Part shown: piece after piece, positions 1-10,227 of the stretch
How the letters are laid out: every line of letters starts with the position of its first letter
How positions within the stretch are numbered: position 1 is the stretch's first letter
NCBI GenBank assembly: GCA_965198945.1
Contig: CBDAQI010000013.1
Location: 96,001 to 160,000 of the forward strand
DNA: 64,000 bases
Direction: 5' to 3'
From: Thermodesulfobacteriota bacterium
Lineage (GTDB): Bacteria; Desulfobacterota_D; UBA1144; Nemesobacterales; Mycalebacteriaceae
The notes under the pieces: generated by a model
Database searches by the model: none
What the model was told of the DNA's origin: nothing
What the model saw: only the letters and a program-made list of their open reading frames with translations
Translations under genes and position numbers: made by a program

Positions 1-1178
1 CGGATAGACATTAATGACGCAAAAGTAAAAGTGGGAGATTGGACTGAAGTTATGGAGATTGAGTCTGCGGGGATGGACTTTGAGGAAAATCAAATTCGTT
101 CCTCTTTCAGACTTATGGATTCTTCGGGCACGGCCCGGGGAGAGGGAATTTTCAATCTGGGTGATTTTTCATATTTCTGGGAAGTGGAACTTGAGGGAGT
201 TTTTCTTCACATCAAACACCTTTATTCGGGTTTTTATGGAACCCTTTTTATTGACGGCTCGGGAAGGAATATACGCATAAGGGCCAAAGACCTGAAGACA
301 AAAGACGCCGCCATCTGGATCAGGAAGGATTACAACATAGCGGTGGCGGGGCTTGTTTTTGTTGATTCTTCGGGTGGCGAAGAGTTTGCGGATGTTAAAA
401 GCCCGGGATTTTTCTCAGAGACATCTGATTTAGATTTCCGGCTCTTGATTTCCAGAGACACAAATTTCAGGTTGGACAAAGTCAATTCACTTTTGACCGG
501 CGATCTTCATATCTTAAGAAAACCGGGAGACAGTTTCAGTTCGGTCAGCGGTGAACTGAGCGTTTTCAGGGGATCATACAGTATGTTTGGAAAGAGGTTT
601 GTCATTGACAAAGGCGTAATCTCGCTTTTTTCAAGGGAGCATTTGACTCCTCTGGTTGATATAAACGCCTTTTATGAAAAAAACGGGTTGTCCATAAAAG
701 TCAGTCTTTACGGAGAAGCAAACGATCTTAAGCTTCGGCTCTCAAGTGTTCCGCCATGAAACAGGATGAGATACTTCTTGCAATTCTCAGAGAGAAAAAT
801 GAAGACCAAAACAGCACTTCCGATATTTTTGAAGAAGTCAGAGACGGACAGGCCGGAAACGATTTCACTATCGGTTACGTTGCGGACGAGCTTTTTTCTT
901 CGGTTTTTGAAGACAGTGAGTTCGCAGACTTGGTGGATGTTTTCAAGGTTCAATCGGACGGCGGGGATGTGATTGATTCCAAAATTGAGGTTGGGACTTT
1001 TGTTACGGAAGATCTCTACTTTTCATATGAGCGTGTCAATGAGTCTTTGCCTATCAGCGCCTCCTACAGAAACAGGTTCACCGCGCAATATCGCCTCACT
1101 CCTAATTTCACGCTGGAGGGAGTTGCAGGGGGCATTACACCGGGAGCAAATCTGCTTTTCAATATTGATTTCAAATAA
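1..1178 (+). CDS. tamB: Translocation/assembly module TamB-like protein, C-terminal part (5' partial; one frameshift near 752-758)
   Basis: Frame open from base 1. ORF 31..759 (GELSVFRGSYSMFGKRFVIDKG...LRLSSVPP) continues directly into ORF 756..1178 (MKQDEILLAIL...EVGTFVTEDLYFSY...YRLTPNFTLEG), the typical TamB/DUF490 C-terminus. Confidence 0.75.
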
Positions 1179-1188
1179 CACTTTTCTT

Positions 1189-2040
1189 TCAATATAACAA
1201 GGCAAATACGTAGAAGATTGGCAAAACGAATATCATTCCGTCAAAGCGGTCAAAGAAACCGCCATGTCCCGGCAGCATGGTGCCGGAATCTTTTACTTTG
1301 GAATTTCTTTTGATTGCTGATTCAGTCAGGTCGCCAATGGTTGAGGCGAGTCCCGTGAGCAGCCCCAGAAAAGAGGCGAGCGGAACTGACAACGGGGAGC
1401 CGAAAACCATGTTAACCAGAGGGCCGGCAGCCGTCGCGGCCACCAGTCCCGCAACCCCGCCTTCAAATGTCTTGCCCGGACTTATTCGTGGGGCTATCCT
1501 GATACTGCCTTTCCATTTGCCTATATAATAAGCCGCCGAGTCGTTCACTGATGCGCATACAAAAGCCATGGCGACAAGAAAAAACCCGGTCTCATTTTTG
1601 ACAAAAGCAGCCGGCGTACCGCTTAACTCCATTGCGGAATCCATGTTCCTTAAAAGCACCGCCGAACCGGTCATGATTCCGAGAAGTGTTACAAAGACAA
1701 GGCACATACCCACTTCGTTTAAATATCCCGATATGTTTTCTTTTCCCCTTAAAATATGAATTGCAAAAATCCCCGTAAGCGCAATGTAAAAAGCAATCAG
1801 AAAATATTCCACCCCCGCATAAGCGCCGGCAATTATCAGCAAAATACATACCATAAGAAACTCTCTTCCCACACTCAGCCCCCTGGGGGTTAGAAGTCTG
1901 TAAAGTTCTCTGCCGGCGGCGAGAGAAATCGCACATATAAGAAAAAGAAAATAAACCCCTCCAAGATAGGAGAGAATCGCTATCAGAAAAACCAGCACTG
2001 AGGCGGTCAATATTCTTTTCCGGTTATTTCCTTGTGGCAT
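1189..2040 (-). CDS. cdsA: Phosphatidate cytidylyltransferase
   Basis: Multi-TM protein with SPGKTFEG and GDLTESAIKR..KVKDSGTMLPGHGGFFDRFDG motifs. Confidence 0.95.
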   Translation of the reverse strand: MPQGNNRKRILTASVLVFLIAILSYLGGVYFLFLICAISLAAGRELYRLLTPRGLSVGREFLMVCILLIIAGAYAGVEYFLIAFYIALTGIFAIHILRGKENISGYLNEVGMCLVFVTLLGIMTGSAVLLRNMDSAMELSGTPAAFVKNETGFFLVAMAFVCASVNDSAAYYIGKWKGSIRIAPRISPGKTFEGGVAGLVAATAAGPLVNMVFGSPLSVPLASFLGLLTGLASTIGDLTESAIKRNSKVKDSGTMLPGHGGFFDRFDGMIFVLPIFYVFALLY

Positions 2041-2049
2041 TTTTTAATC

Positions 2050-2889
2050 TTACTGTGTTTTCCGTCTGATTTCTTTGAGATTTTTCACATCCCGGGCGCT
2101 TTTCTGCGGAGGGGTTTCAACTATAAAGTCAATGTGCCTGAAAGCTTCATGTGAAAACAGAGGTTGAAAGCCCTGCTTTCCTATTTTACCCAAACCTATG
2201 TGTTCGTGGCGGTCTTTGCGGGAACCGAGTCCGACTTTTGAGTCATTACAGTGTATGAGTCTTATTCTTTCGGTGGGGAACGCCACTGTAATATTCTCAA
2301 CGGTTTTTTCAAACCCTTCAAAAGTTCTGATTTCATAGCCTGCGCCGAAAAGATGAGCGGTGTCAAGACAAACCCCCAGTGCCGGGCTTGTTTTATCAAG
2401 GATTTCCGCGATTTCCTCAAATGATTTTCCCAGAGTGGCTCCCTGCCCCGCCGAGTTTTCAATCAGAAGTTTTGTTTGCAGACCTGCGGTTCTTTCCAGA
2501 ATTTCATTTAGTGAAATCGCCGCTTTTGTTATTGCCTCATGCCTTTTTGCTCCGGAAGCGGTCCCTATGTGTGTTACGGCGCAGGCCGCGCCTATAAGGT
2601 CTGAACGTTTCAAATCTTCAACTATCATATTCACTGATTTTTCTCTGATTTGTTTTTCCGGAGATGCAAGATTGATAATGTATGGCGTGTGAACGTAATA
2701 GTTCCGGAGTCCGAGTTTACGGCAGTCCGATGTGAATCTTTGGGCGGTTGCGACTTCAATTTCAGGCGCTTTTCCCCCTCTCGGTGAACGTGTGAAAATT
2801 TGAAAGCATTCGCACCCCTTTCCCGCGGCCCGGTGCGGCGCTTTTTCAATTCCTCCCGCAATTGATATGTGGCAGCCTATTTTCATCAT
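2050..2889 (-). CDS. nfo: Endonuclease IV (AP endonuclease)
   Basis: GCHISIAGG, VHTPYIINLAS, IENSAGQG, CLDTAH, HCNDSK and DRHEHIGLG metal-ligand motifs. Confidence 0.95.
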   Translation of the reverse strand: MMKIGCHISIAGGIEKAPHRAAGKGCECFQIFTRSPRGGKAPEIEVATAQRFTSDCRKLGLRNYYVHTPYIINLASPEKQIREKSVNMIVEDLKRSDLIGAACAVTHIGTASGAKRHEAITKAAISLNEILERTAGLQTKLLIENSAGQGATLGKSFEEIAEILDKTSPALGVCLDTAHLFGAGYEIRTFEGFEKTVENITVAFPTERIRLIHCNDSKVGLGSRKDRHEHIGLGKIGKQGFQPLFSHEAFRHIDFIVETPPQKSARDVKNLKEIRRKTQ

Positions 2890-2959
2890 TTCTGCTTATT
2901 GACAATACACATTCCCGCATATATATAAACGCCTCTGTTCTTCCCGGAGGTTATGTTTA

Positions 2960-3520
2960 ATGGTTCCAACTACGGCTTTTGTTACAAAAGGGGTCGGCAA
3001 AAGCAGAGAAAAGCTTGCCAGTTTTGAGATGGCTCTTCGTGACGCCAAAATTGCTCAGTTCAACCTTGTTAAAGTTTCCAGCATCTTTCCGCCCTATTGT
3101 TCACTCGTCCCGCGCTCAAAAGGCGTGGGTCTTCTCTCTCCCGGACAGGTCGTTCACGTTGTGATGAGTGAAAACTCAACTGATGAGCCTAACAGACTCC
3201 TTGCCGCTTCCGCAGGCATTGCCATACCGAGAGAAAAAAACAGATTCGGTTATATCTCCGAGCATCACAGTTTCGGGCAGAAAAAATCCCAGGCCGGAGA
3301 ATACGCCGAGGACCTCGCGGCCTATATGCTCGCAACCACTCTGGGAGCGCCCTTCAATGTGGATAAAAGCTACGATGAGCAGAAAGATATTTGGGAGATA
3401 AGCGGGCATACGGTCAAAACTCAAAACATAACCCAGACCGCTTTCGGTGATAAAAACGGGCTTTGGACAACCGTGCTCGCCGCGGTCGTTTTCTCTTCCT
3501 ATTCGCCCGTAAATGTGTAG
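2960..3520 (+). CDS. pdaD: Pyruvoyl-dependent arginine decarboxylase
   Basis: SFEMALRDAKIAQFNLVKVSSIFPP (SS self-cleavage site), GYISEHH; GGAGG RBS upstream. Confidence 0.9.
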   Translation: MVPTTAFVTKGVGKSREKLASFEMALRDAKIAQFNLVKVSSIFPPYCSLVPRSKGVGLLSPGQVVHVVMSENSTDEPNRLLAASAGIAIPREKNRFGYISEHHSFGQKKSQAGEYAEDLAAYMLATTLGAPFNVDKSYDEQKDIWEISGHTVKTQNITQTAFGDKNGLWTTVLAAVVFSSYSPVNV

Positions 3521-3523
3521 GGG

Positions 3524-4795
3524 TTATTTCCGTATCTGTCCGTCGCCTCTGACTATAAATTTTTCAGAAGTGAGTTCCTCAAGCCCCATAGGGCCAAAAG
3601 CATGAATTTTTGTTGTGCTGATTCCGATTTCCGCCCCCATGCCGAGTTCAAAGCCGTCATTAAAACGTGTTGAAGCGTTGTGAATTACGGCGGAAGATTC
3701 CACCCCGCGCAGGAACCGCCGCGCGTTTTGATCATCTTCGGTTATGATTGAATCCGTATGCATTGAGCCGTATTTTTCTATATGTTCCATTGCTTCCTCA
3801 ACACTTTTTACAACCCGTACTCCAAGGACGAGAGCCAGGTGCTCCGTTGCCCAGTCATCATCAGAAGCGGGCTCAGCCTCGGGAATAAAAGAGAGAGTTT
3901 GCGGGCATCCCTTTATGGCAACGCCGTTTTTTTTCATTTCCGCCATGACAGCGGGCAGAAAAGCGGCGGCGGCTTTTTCATGCACGAGCATTGTTTCCAT
4001 TGCGTTGCAAACCCCGGGACGCTGAACTTTGGCGTTGACACAAATGTCAACAGCCATGCCAGTTTTCGCGGACTCATCCACAAATATATGACAGACTCCT
4101 TTGTAGTGTTTCAAAACCGGTATTGAAGAGTTCTCGGCAACAAACCTTATAAGCCGCTCACCGCCTCTGGGAATGATGAGATCTATGAATTCGTCAAGTT
4201 TGAGCATTTCCAGAATCAGACTTCTGTTCGCGTCCGGAACCACATTTACGGCTCCGGGATTTACACCTGAGTCTGACAGGCAGTCACTTATAATTCGGCC
4301 GATTGCCATATTTGACCGCAGAGATTCCGATCCTCCCCTCAGGATGACAGCATTGCCTGATTTCAGACAAAGAGCGGCCGCGTCCGCGGTGACATTCGGT
4401 CTTGACTCATAAATTATTCCAATCACCCCAAGGGGAATTCTCATTTTTTCAACGACAAGTCCGTTGGGTCTTTTCCGGAACGGAGTGATTTTCCCGACCG
4501 GATCTTCAAGTTCACAAACCTCAACAATGCCGTGCGACATGGACTCAACGGCTTTGTTGTCAAGAACAAGCCTGTCAATAAAAGCGGCCGGCATATCCTT
4601 TTTTTCCGCTTCCGAAATATCTTTGCGGTTTTCTTCAAATATCTCATCCCGTCTTTTCAGCAAACCTGAAGCAACGGCTTTGAGCGCTTTGTTTTTTATT
4701 GACGGATCAAGAGCTGACAACTCCGGAGCGGCTCTCCGGGCTTGCGTTGCAATTTTTTCCATAACTGAAGGGGTTTTGATTATTTTCTCTGACAT
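3524..4795 (-). CDS. proA: Glutamate-5-semialdehyde dehydrogenase
   Basis: PLGVIGIIYESRPNVT, VCNAMET, NASTRFNDG, GAEIGIST..HAFGPMGL. Confidence 0.97.
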   Translation of the reverse strand: MSEKIIKTPSVMEKIATQARRAAPELSALDPSIKNKALKAVASGLLKRRDEIFEENRKDISEAEKKDMPAAFIDRLVLDNKAVESMSHGIVEVCELEDPVGKITPFRKRPNGLVVEKMRIPLGVIGIIYESRPNVTADAAALCLKSGNAVILRGGSESLRSNMAIGRIISDCLSDSGVNPGAVNVVPDANRSLILEMLKLDEFIDLIIPRGGERLIRFVAENSSIPVLKHYKGVCHIFVDESAKTGMAVDICVNAKVQRPGVCNAMETMLVHEKAAAAFLPAVMAEMKKNGVAIKGCPQTLSFIPEAEPASDDDWATEHLALVLGVRVVKSVEEAMEHIEKYGSMHTDSIITEDDQNARRFLRGVESSAVIHNASTRFNDGFELGMGAEIGISTTKIHAFGPMGLEELTSEKFIVRGDGQIRK

Positions 4796-4896
4796 TTGTC
4801 TAAAGCAGTATGCGGGATTTTACAAACGGAAACGCGCCCGGAATATTCCGGAAAACGCATAATAACCTAACGCCTTGCCGGAAAAACCCCTTCGGG

Positions 4897-4920
4897 CCGG
4901 TCGGAAGACCGGTTTTGTTT
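4897..4920 (+). terminator. Intrinsic-terminator-like hairpin
   Basis: CCGGTC-GGAA-GACCGG followed by TTTTGTTT on the + strand, just past the cysC stop. Confidence 0.4.
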
Positions 4921-4923
4921 GAT

Positions 4924-5514
4924 TCAAATCCTGTCTTTGAGAAATTCACAAACCTTCTCGGCGGACTGTTCCGGGTTTTCCCTGTCAGTGTCTATTATCA
5001 GTTCGGGATTTGAGGGCTCTTCGTAAGGGTCGTCAATTCCGGTAAAACCTTTTATTTCTCCCGCTCTGGCTTTTTTATAGAGGCCTTTAACATCTCTTTT
5101 TTCACACTCTTCAACCGGGCAGCGGACAAAAACTTCAATGAATTCGTTTTCTTCAACCAACTCTCTGACCCTGTCTCTGTCTTTTCTGTAAGGGGAAACA
5201 AATGCGGAAAGTGTCACCACCCCGGCGTCAACAAAGAGCTTGGAAACTTCTCCTATTCTCCTTATGTTTTCTGCGCGGTCTTCCTCGGAAAAACCCAGTC
5301 CTTTGCACAGGCCCATTCTGATATTGTCCCCGTCAAGTATGTAGGTTTTCACTCCTTTTCCCATCAGTTTTTTCTGGACTTCGCCCGCAATGGTTGATTT
5401 TCCCGAAGACGGGAGACCCGTGAACCAGACTATAACGGAGCCGTGTCCGTTGGCCTTTCTTCTGTCATTTTTTGTTACGGAATGTTCGTGGGGGATTATA
5501 AATCTTTTTTCCAA
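4924..5514 (-). CDS. cysC: Adenylyl-sulfate kinase
   Basis: WFTGLPSSGKST P-loop, LDGDNIRMGL, RDVKGLYKKA, FTGIDDPYEEP. TTG start at 5514 chosen because AAGGAG lies just upstream. Confidence 0.95.
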   Translation of the reverse strand: MEKRFIIPHEHSVTKNDRRKANGHGSVIVWFTGLPSSGKSTIAGEVQKKLMGKGVKTYILDGDNIRMGLCKGLGFSEEDRAENIRRIGEVSKLFVDAGVVTLSAFVSPYRKDRDRVRELVEENEFIEVFVRCPVEECEKRDVKGLYKKARAGEIKGFTGIDDPYEEPSNPELIIDTDRENPEQSAEKVCEFLKDRI

Positions 5515-5595
5515 TTTTGAACTCCTTATAAATATAAAGGTCTCAATCCTACAACCGCCGCTGTTTTCAGTCAAGCGGGAGCAACGGGGGCGCAT

Positions 5596-5624
5596 TTGAC
5601 AGTTCGGTTCCGGGTTAAGATAAT
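5596..5624 (+). promoter_or_regulatory. Sigma70-type promoter for ndk
   Basis: TTGACA (5596-5601), 17-bp spacer, GATAAT (5619-5624). Confidence 0.65.
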
Positions 5625-5665
5625 ATGCCCGAATTTCTTTATCTTAATTTCAATAAGGAGTGCAA

Positions 5666-6082
5666 ATGGAACATACACTGTCAATAGTAAAACCGGACGG
5701 AACATCAAAAAACATTGTGGGTAAAGTTCTGGGAATGTTTGAAGAAAAAGGCGTTTCAATCGCCGCCTTGAAGATGATACGGATGACCAGACGGCAGGCG
5801 GAAGGTTTTTATGCCGAACATTCCGAGCGTCCGTTTTTCTCAAGTTTGACCGATTTTATGTCATCGGGGCCTTGTGTTGTTATGGTCCTCCGGGGTGACG
5901 GCGCAATAAAAAAAGTGAGGGAAATTATGGGGGCGACCGATCCCGCAAAGGCTTCGGAGGGAACAATAAGGAAACTTTACGCTGAAAGCGTTGAAAGAAA
6001 TGTGGTTCACGGCTCTGACAGCCCCGAATCCGCGGTGAGGGAAATAAGTTATTTTTTCAGCTCGGTTGAAATCCCACAGTGA
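5666..6082 (+). CDS. ndk: Nucleoside diphosphate kinase
   Basis: TLSIVKPDG, FYAEHSERPFF, GTIRK, NVVHGSDS; AAGGAG RBS before ATG 5666. Confidence 0.97.
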   Translation: MEHTLSIVKPDGTSKNIVGKVLGMFEEKGVSIAALKMIRMTRRQAEGFYAEHSERPFFSSLTDFMSSGPCVVMVLRGDGAIKKVREIMGATDPAKASEGTIRKLYAESVERNVVHGSDSPESAVREISYFFSSVEIPQ

Positions 6083-6099
6083 TTTATTAGAGGAAGGCA

Positions 6100-7118
6100 T
6101 TGAAATTGAGTTCTGAGGCTTCTCTCCAAACCCCCGTCCTTCTTGTCAGAGGCGGCCAGGCTCTTCTGGCGGACAGGTTTGTGAAAGAAGTTTCAAAACG
6201 TTTTCTCGGTGATGAGGATTCGGGTGAAGTCTCAGTTTTTTACGCCGATGAAACATCGGTGCGTGAAGTTATTGCCAATGCGTCCCAATCTGCCGATGTT
6301 TTCCTCAAAAAAAGTGGTTGTGCTGAAACGCGCGGAAATCCTTGACAAAAATTCAATTGAACTTGTAAATCGGTATTCTCTTTCCCGGTCTTTGCATACC
6401 CGTCTTATTCTTGTTTCCGGTGAATCTTCAAAACCGAACATGAAATTGACTCAAGGCATATTTATTAAAGATGTCGGGCGGAGTTCAAAAAAAGATTCAT
6501 GAAAAAGCCCTTGAAGAGGCGGACAAAATGGGGCTTGTTATGGAAACTTCAGCGGCAAAATATCTGTGCGCTCTGGCGGGAGAAGATTTGAGTGTGATAA
6601 CAAACGAGCTTGCCAAACTAACTGAAATACAGTCTCCGGGGGTCCGCATAAAACGGGCGGATATTGACCAAATGCTGGAACGGCGCAAATCAAGGGATAT
6701 TTTTGAATTTACAAACGCCATTGTTGACGGTGAAAAAGATCAGGCGCTTGCAATACTTGCTGAAATAGCTTCACAGAGCCGGATAGAGCCTCTTTTTATA
6801 CTGTCAACACTTTCATCAAGGATAAGGAATGTGCTAAGAGCGGTTGAGATAAGAGAAAATTACAAACTCTCTTCGGCGGAAGAACAAAAAAAAATAATAG
6901 CGGAAAAATTGAAAATAAAATCCGGAGCCGCCCATTTTATATGGAAGCAGTCGCACAATTTCGCGCAAAACCAAACCGGGCTGTTTGTGAGAACTCTTGC
7001 CGAAACCGACAGAGCTCTGAAAACTTCGTCTTCACGGGGCTATGAAACGCTTGCGCGGATGACGGTCAATTTGCTTGCGGGGAGGTGGCGGGCACACCAC
7101 CGTTTTCCTGTGAAATAG
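6100..7118 (+). CDS. holA: DNA polymerase III delta subunit (two apparent frameshifts, ~6285 and ~6475-6495)
   Basis: Three overlapping ORFs join into one HolA-like sequence (VFYADE..VIANAS / LPMFSSKKVVVLK / LCALAGEDL..ITNELAKL..DIFEFTNAI..LAETDRALKTS); lies convergent with rpsT, a common arrangement. Confidence 0.8.
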
Positions 7119-7395
7119 GAGCCCCGGAGGAGGAAAGCAGATGGAGTTTACGCGACATTTTTGCCACATTTCTTGAAGCATTTTTCTTGTGAATTACGCC
7201 TTTTGAAGCCGCCTTGTCAAAAGCGGACACCAGTGTTCTGAAAATTGAACCGGCGGCGGAAGCGTCTTTGGCTTCAATCGCTTCAAGAAAGTTTTTTGTT
7301 TTTGTTCTGAGAGATGATTTGACAAATCTGTTTCTGGTTCTTCTCTTCAGACTCTGTCTGTGTTTTTTCTTAGCTGATTTAATACGCAACGCCAT
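7066..7395 (-). CDS. rpsT: 30S ribosomal protein S20
   Basis: IKSAKKKHRQSLKRRTRNR..KSSLRT..DKAASKGVIHKKNASR; ATG at 7395 with GGAG upstream. Confidence 0.95.
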   Translation of the reverse strand: MALRIKSAKKKHRQSLKRRTRNRFVKSSLRTKTKNFLEAIEAKDASAAGSIFRTLVSAFDKAASKGVIHKKNASRNVAKMSRKLHLLSSSGAPISQENGGVPATSPQAN

Positions 7396-7425
7396 GGCGA
7401 AAACTCCGATTCGTAAACCCCGCAC

Positions 7426-7454
7426 AGTATGCTCTTGCAAAAGCGCTTTGTCAA
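7426..7454 (-). promoter_or_regulatory. Sigma70-type promoter for rpsT
   Basis: Minus strand TTGACA (7454-7449), 17-bp spacer, CATACT (7431-7426). Confidence 0.65.
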
Positions 7455-7515
7455 GAAAACCCGGAAACTTTAAGCCGGGCGATTGTGTGGTAGAATCTGC
7501 TCGGGAGAAAATCCG

Positions 7516-8163
7516 ATGAAAATTTTTCTTGATTCCGCAAGTATAAAAGAGATCAAACACGCTTCCTCTCTGGGAGTTATAGACGGCGTTACCACAAATC
7601 CGAGTCTTGTTTCAAATGAGGGGGCGCAAAAATCTTTCGCTGATTTGGTTAAAGAAATATGCGGTATTGTCAAAGGCCCGGTGAGCGCCGAGGTCATATC
7701 AACCGATTACCGTAAAATGGTTGATGAGGCGCGTTCGCTTGCAAAAATAGACGAATTTGTAGTTGTAAAAATGCCGCTGACCGAAAACGGCATAAAAGCC
7801 ACAAAAACCGTTTCTTCCGAAGGAATCAGTGTAAACGTAACACTTGTTTTTACGGCTTCTCAGGCATTGCTTGCGGCAAAAGCCGGAGCCGCCTATGTGA
7901 GCCCTTTCATAGGAAGGCTGGATGATGTTTCCACTTCGGGCATGGATTTGGCCGCAGATATTTCCCGGATATTTGCGAACTACGATTTTCAAACCGAAGT
8001 GCTTGTTGCAAGTGTGCGCCATCCGATGCATGTTGTTGAATCCGCCCTTGCGGCCGCAGATGTGGTTACCCTTCCCTACAAAGTCTTGATGCAGATGTTT
8101 AAGCATCCTCTTTCAGATGCGGGTCTTGAGAGATTTCTTGCCGATTGGAAAAAGAAAAAATAA
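7516..8163 (+). CDS. tal: Transaldolase / fructose-6-phosphate aldolase family protein
   Basis: MKIFLDSA, GVTTNPSL, VVKMP, NVTLVF, YVSPFIGRLDD, ASVRHP. Confidence 0.9.
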   Translation: MKIFLDSASIKEIKHASSLGVIDGVTTNPSLVSNEGAQKSFADLVKEICGIVKGPVSAEVISTDYRKMVDEARSLAKIDEFVVVKMPLTENGIKATKTVSSEGISVNVTLVFTASQALLAAKAGAAYVSPFIGRLDDVSTSGMDLAADISRIFANYDFQTEVLVASVRHPMHVVESALAAADVVTLPYKVLMQMFKHPLSDAGLERFLADWKKKK

Positions 8164-8172
8164 TGCTTTCAT

Positions 8173-9005
8173 TCAGACGGTGCGTTCGCAGAGCATTAGA
8201 GCAACGTCTTCGAGTTTTTGCTTGTCTCCATCAAAATCTTCCAGTTCTCTGAGTGATTTTTCTGTGAGTTTGCGGACTTTTTTTCTCGCATCTGTCCGTC
8301 TTTGCGTTTCCGGTGAATCAATAATGTCATCCAGCGTCTGAAAAGCCAGTCCGACCTCTCCTGCGTATTTTGCGAGCGGCTTGATCCGTTCGCCGTCCGC
8401 TCCGCCCGCGATGGCACCGCACTTGACCGCCGCTTCAATAAGCGCGGCGGTTTTGAGAGAATGTATTGCGGAAATCTTCCATTTTTTCTCGCCCCTTTCA
8501 TGTTCCAAATCCATCATTTGTCCGACCGCCATGCCCTCTTTCCCGGCGGCTGAGGAAATGACACAGACCATTTCAACCAGAGCCCGATCGGGAATTTTGA
8601 CCGTCCTTCCCTCAAATGTGAGAAATCCGAAAGAATCTGCCAGCAAAAGGTCGCCCGCGAGAATCGCTTTCGTTTCCCCGAACAGCTTGTGGGTTGAAGG
8701 CAATCCCCTTCTTGTGCTGTCATCGTCCATTGACGGGAGATCGTCGTGAATCAGTGAGTAGGTGTGAATCATCTCTATTGCGCAGGCGGCCGGCATTGCA
8801 AGTCTCGTGTCTCCGCCGACTGACTCGCATGCGGCGAAACAAAGAGCGGGTCTGATTTTTTTCCCGCTTCCAAGCGTGTGCGCAACCGCATCGGCAAGTC
8901 CCGGATGTTTCCGTCTCACTGAGAGCACATATTTTTCAAGATGCCTGACAACCCTCTTTCCGCTGTCTTGTATGTATTTTTTGGTTTCGGAGAAGTCCCG
9001 TTCAT
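8173..9005 (-). CDS. ispA: Polyprenyl synthetase (farnesyl/geranylgeranyl diphosphate synthase)
   Basis: GKKIRP, EMIHTYSLIHDDLPSMDDDSTRRG, GQMMD, KTAAL, GLAFQTLDD. The likely ATG (9005, overlapping the xseB stop as ATGA) is one base out of frame at a GGG run. Confidence 0.9.
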
Positions 9006-9202
9006 GAAAGTGATTTTTCTTCAGGGTCTTTTTCTCCAAGGATCTCAATTTTCTTCTCAGTTTCTTCAAGCGTCAGCCGGCACTCATTTATAAGTTTTAT
9101 TCCCGTTTCAAATTTCTGTATCATTTTTTCAAGGGGTATGTCGCCGTTTTCAAGAAGGTCTGAGATTTCTTTTATCTTTTCAATCTTTTTTTCAAAAGAC
9201 AT
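9002..9202 (-). CDS. xseB: Exodeoxyribonuclease VII small subunit
   Basis: MSFEKKIEKIKEISDLLENGDIPLEKMIQKFETGIKLINEC..LEETEKKI; canonical xseB-ispA order. Confidence 0.9.
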   Translation of the reverse strand: MSFEKKIEKIKEISDLLENGDIPLEKMIQKFETGIKLINECRLTLEETEKKIEILGEKDPEEKSLS

Positions 9203-9207
9203 TGTTT

Positions 9208-9284
<77 letters not shown>

Positions 9285-9321
9285 ATAGAATGCAGAGATT
9301 CTACACATTAGTTTGCTCCGG

Positions 9322-10227
9322 TCAATTGCCCGGGCGGGCTTTTGACATGATTTTTTCAGCAATTTCAGCCCCGTTTCGGGCACGGCATTTTTCACGGGTT
9401 TCAATTTTCTCTCTGTAGATTTGCCCGTCTTCAACCGAAGCCATTAAGGCAAATATTTCAGTCCCGTTCTCGTTTTCACGCGCATAACACCCGGCGGGAA
9501 TCCGGCAGTTTCCTCCCAGCCTGTGAAGGAACGACCTTTCAATCTCGGCACATCTGCGCGACTGTGCGCACTCAATTTCTTTCATTAAATCTATGGTCTC
9601 GGTGTCTTTCTCTCTGCACTCAAGCGCCAGAGCGCCCTGTCCCGGAGCCGGGACAAAATCTGCGGGGTTGAACTTTTGCATGTTTCTGTTTTCTATTTTC
9701 AGCCTGCCAAGCGCCGCACAAGCAAGTATAATAGCGTCAAAATGTCCCGAGTCCATTTTCGCTATCCTTGTCCCTATGTTGCCGCGCACAGGCTCAACGG
9801 AAACATCCGGGCGCATTGCAAGAATCTGAAAACTTCGCCTGAGACTTCCGGTTCCTATCTTTGCTCCTTTTTTCAAAGACTCAAGGCATGCCCCTTTCTG
9901 TGTTTCGGGGAATACAATGCAGTCGGACGGGTCGTTCCTTTGCGGAACACAGCCGACAATCAGCCCGTCCGGCAGAACTGACGGCAGGTCTTTCATGCTA
10001 TGGACGGCAATGTCTATTGAACCGCAAAGAAGCGCTTCTTCAATTTCTTTAACAAAGACGCCCTTGCCTCCGGAATCTGAAATCCAGTTTTCCTGTGAAT
10101 CTCCTGAAGTTTTTATAAAAACCAATTCCGTTTGAATTTCCGGGAATTTTCCCTCAAGAAGTTTTTTCACTTCAGAGGTTTGGGTTTTGGCGAGCGGGCT
10201 ACCCCTGCTTCCGATTCTTATTCTCAT
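9322..10227 (-). CDS. hemC: Hydroxymethylbilane synthase
   Basis: IGSRGSPLA, GGKGVFVKEIE, DIAVHSMKDLP, GTGSLRR, PAPGQGAL, LGGNCRIP. Confidence 0.96.
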   Translation of the reverse strand: MRIRIGSRGSPLAKTQTSEVKKLLEGKFPEIQTELVFIKTSGDSQENWISDSGGKGVFVKEIEEALLCGSIDIAVHSMKDLPSVLPDGLIVGCVPQRNDPSDCIVFPETQKGACLESLKKGAKIGTGSLRRSFQILAMRPDVSVEPVRGNIGTRIAKMDSGHFDAIILACAALGRLKIENRNMQKFNPADFVPAPGQGALALECREKDTETIDLMKEIECAQSRRCAEIERSFLHRLGGNCRIPAGCYARENENGTEIFALMASVEDGQIYREKIETREKCRARNGAEIAEKIMSKARPGN

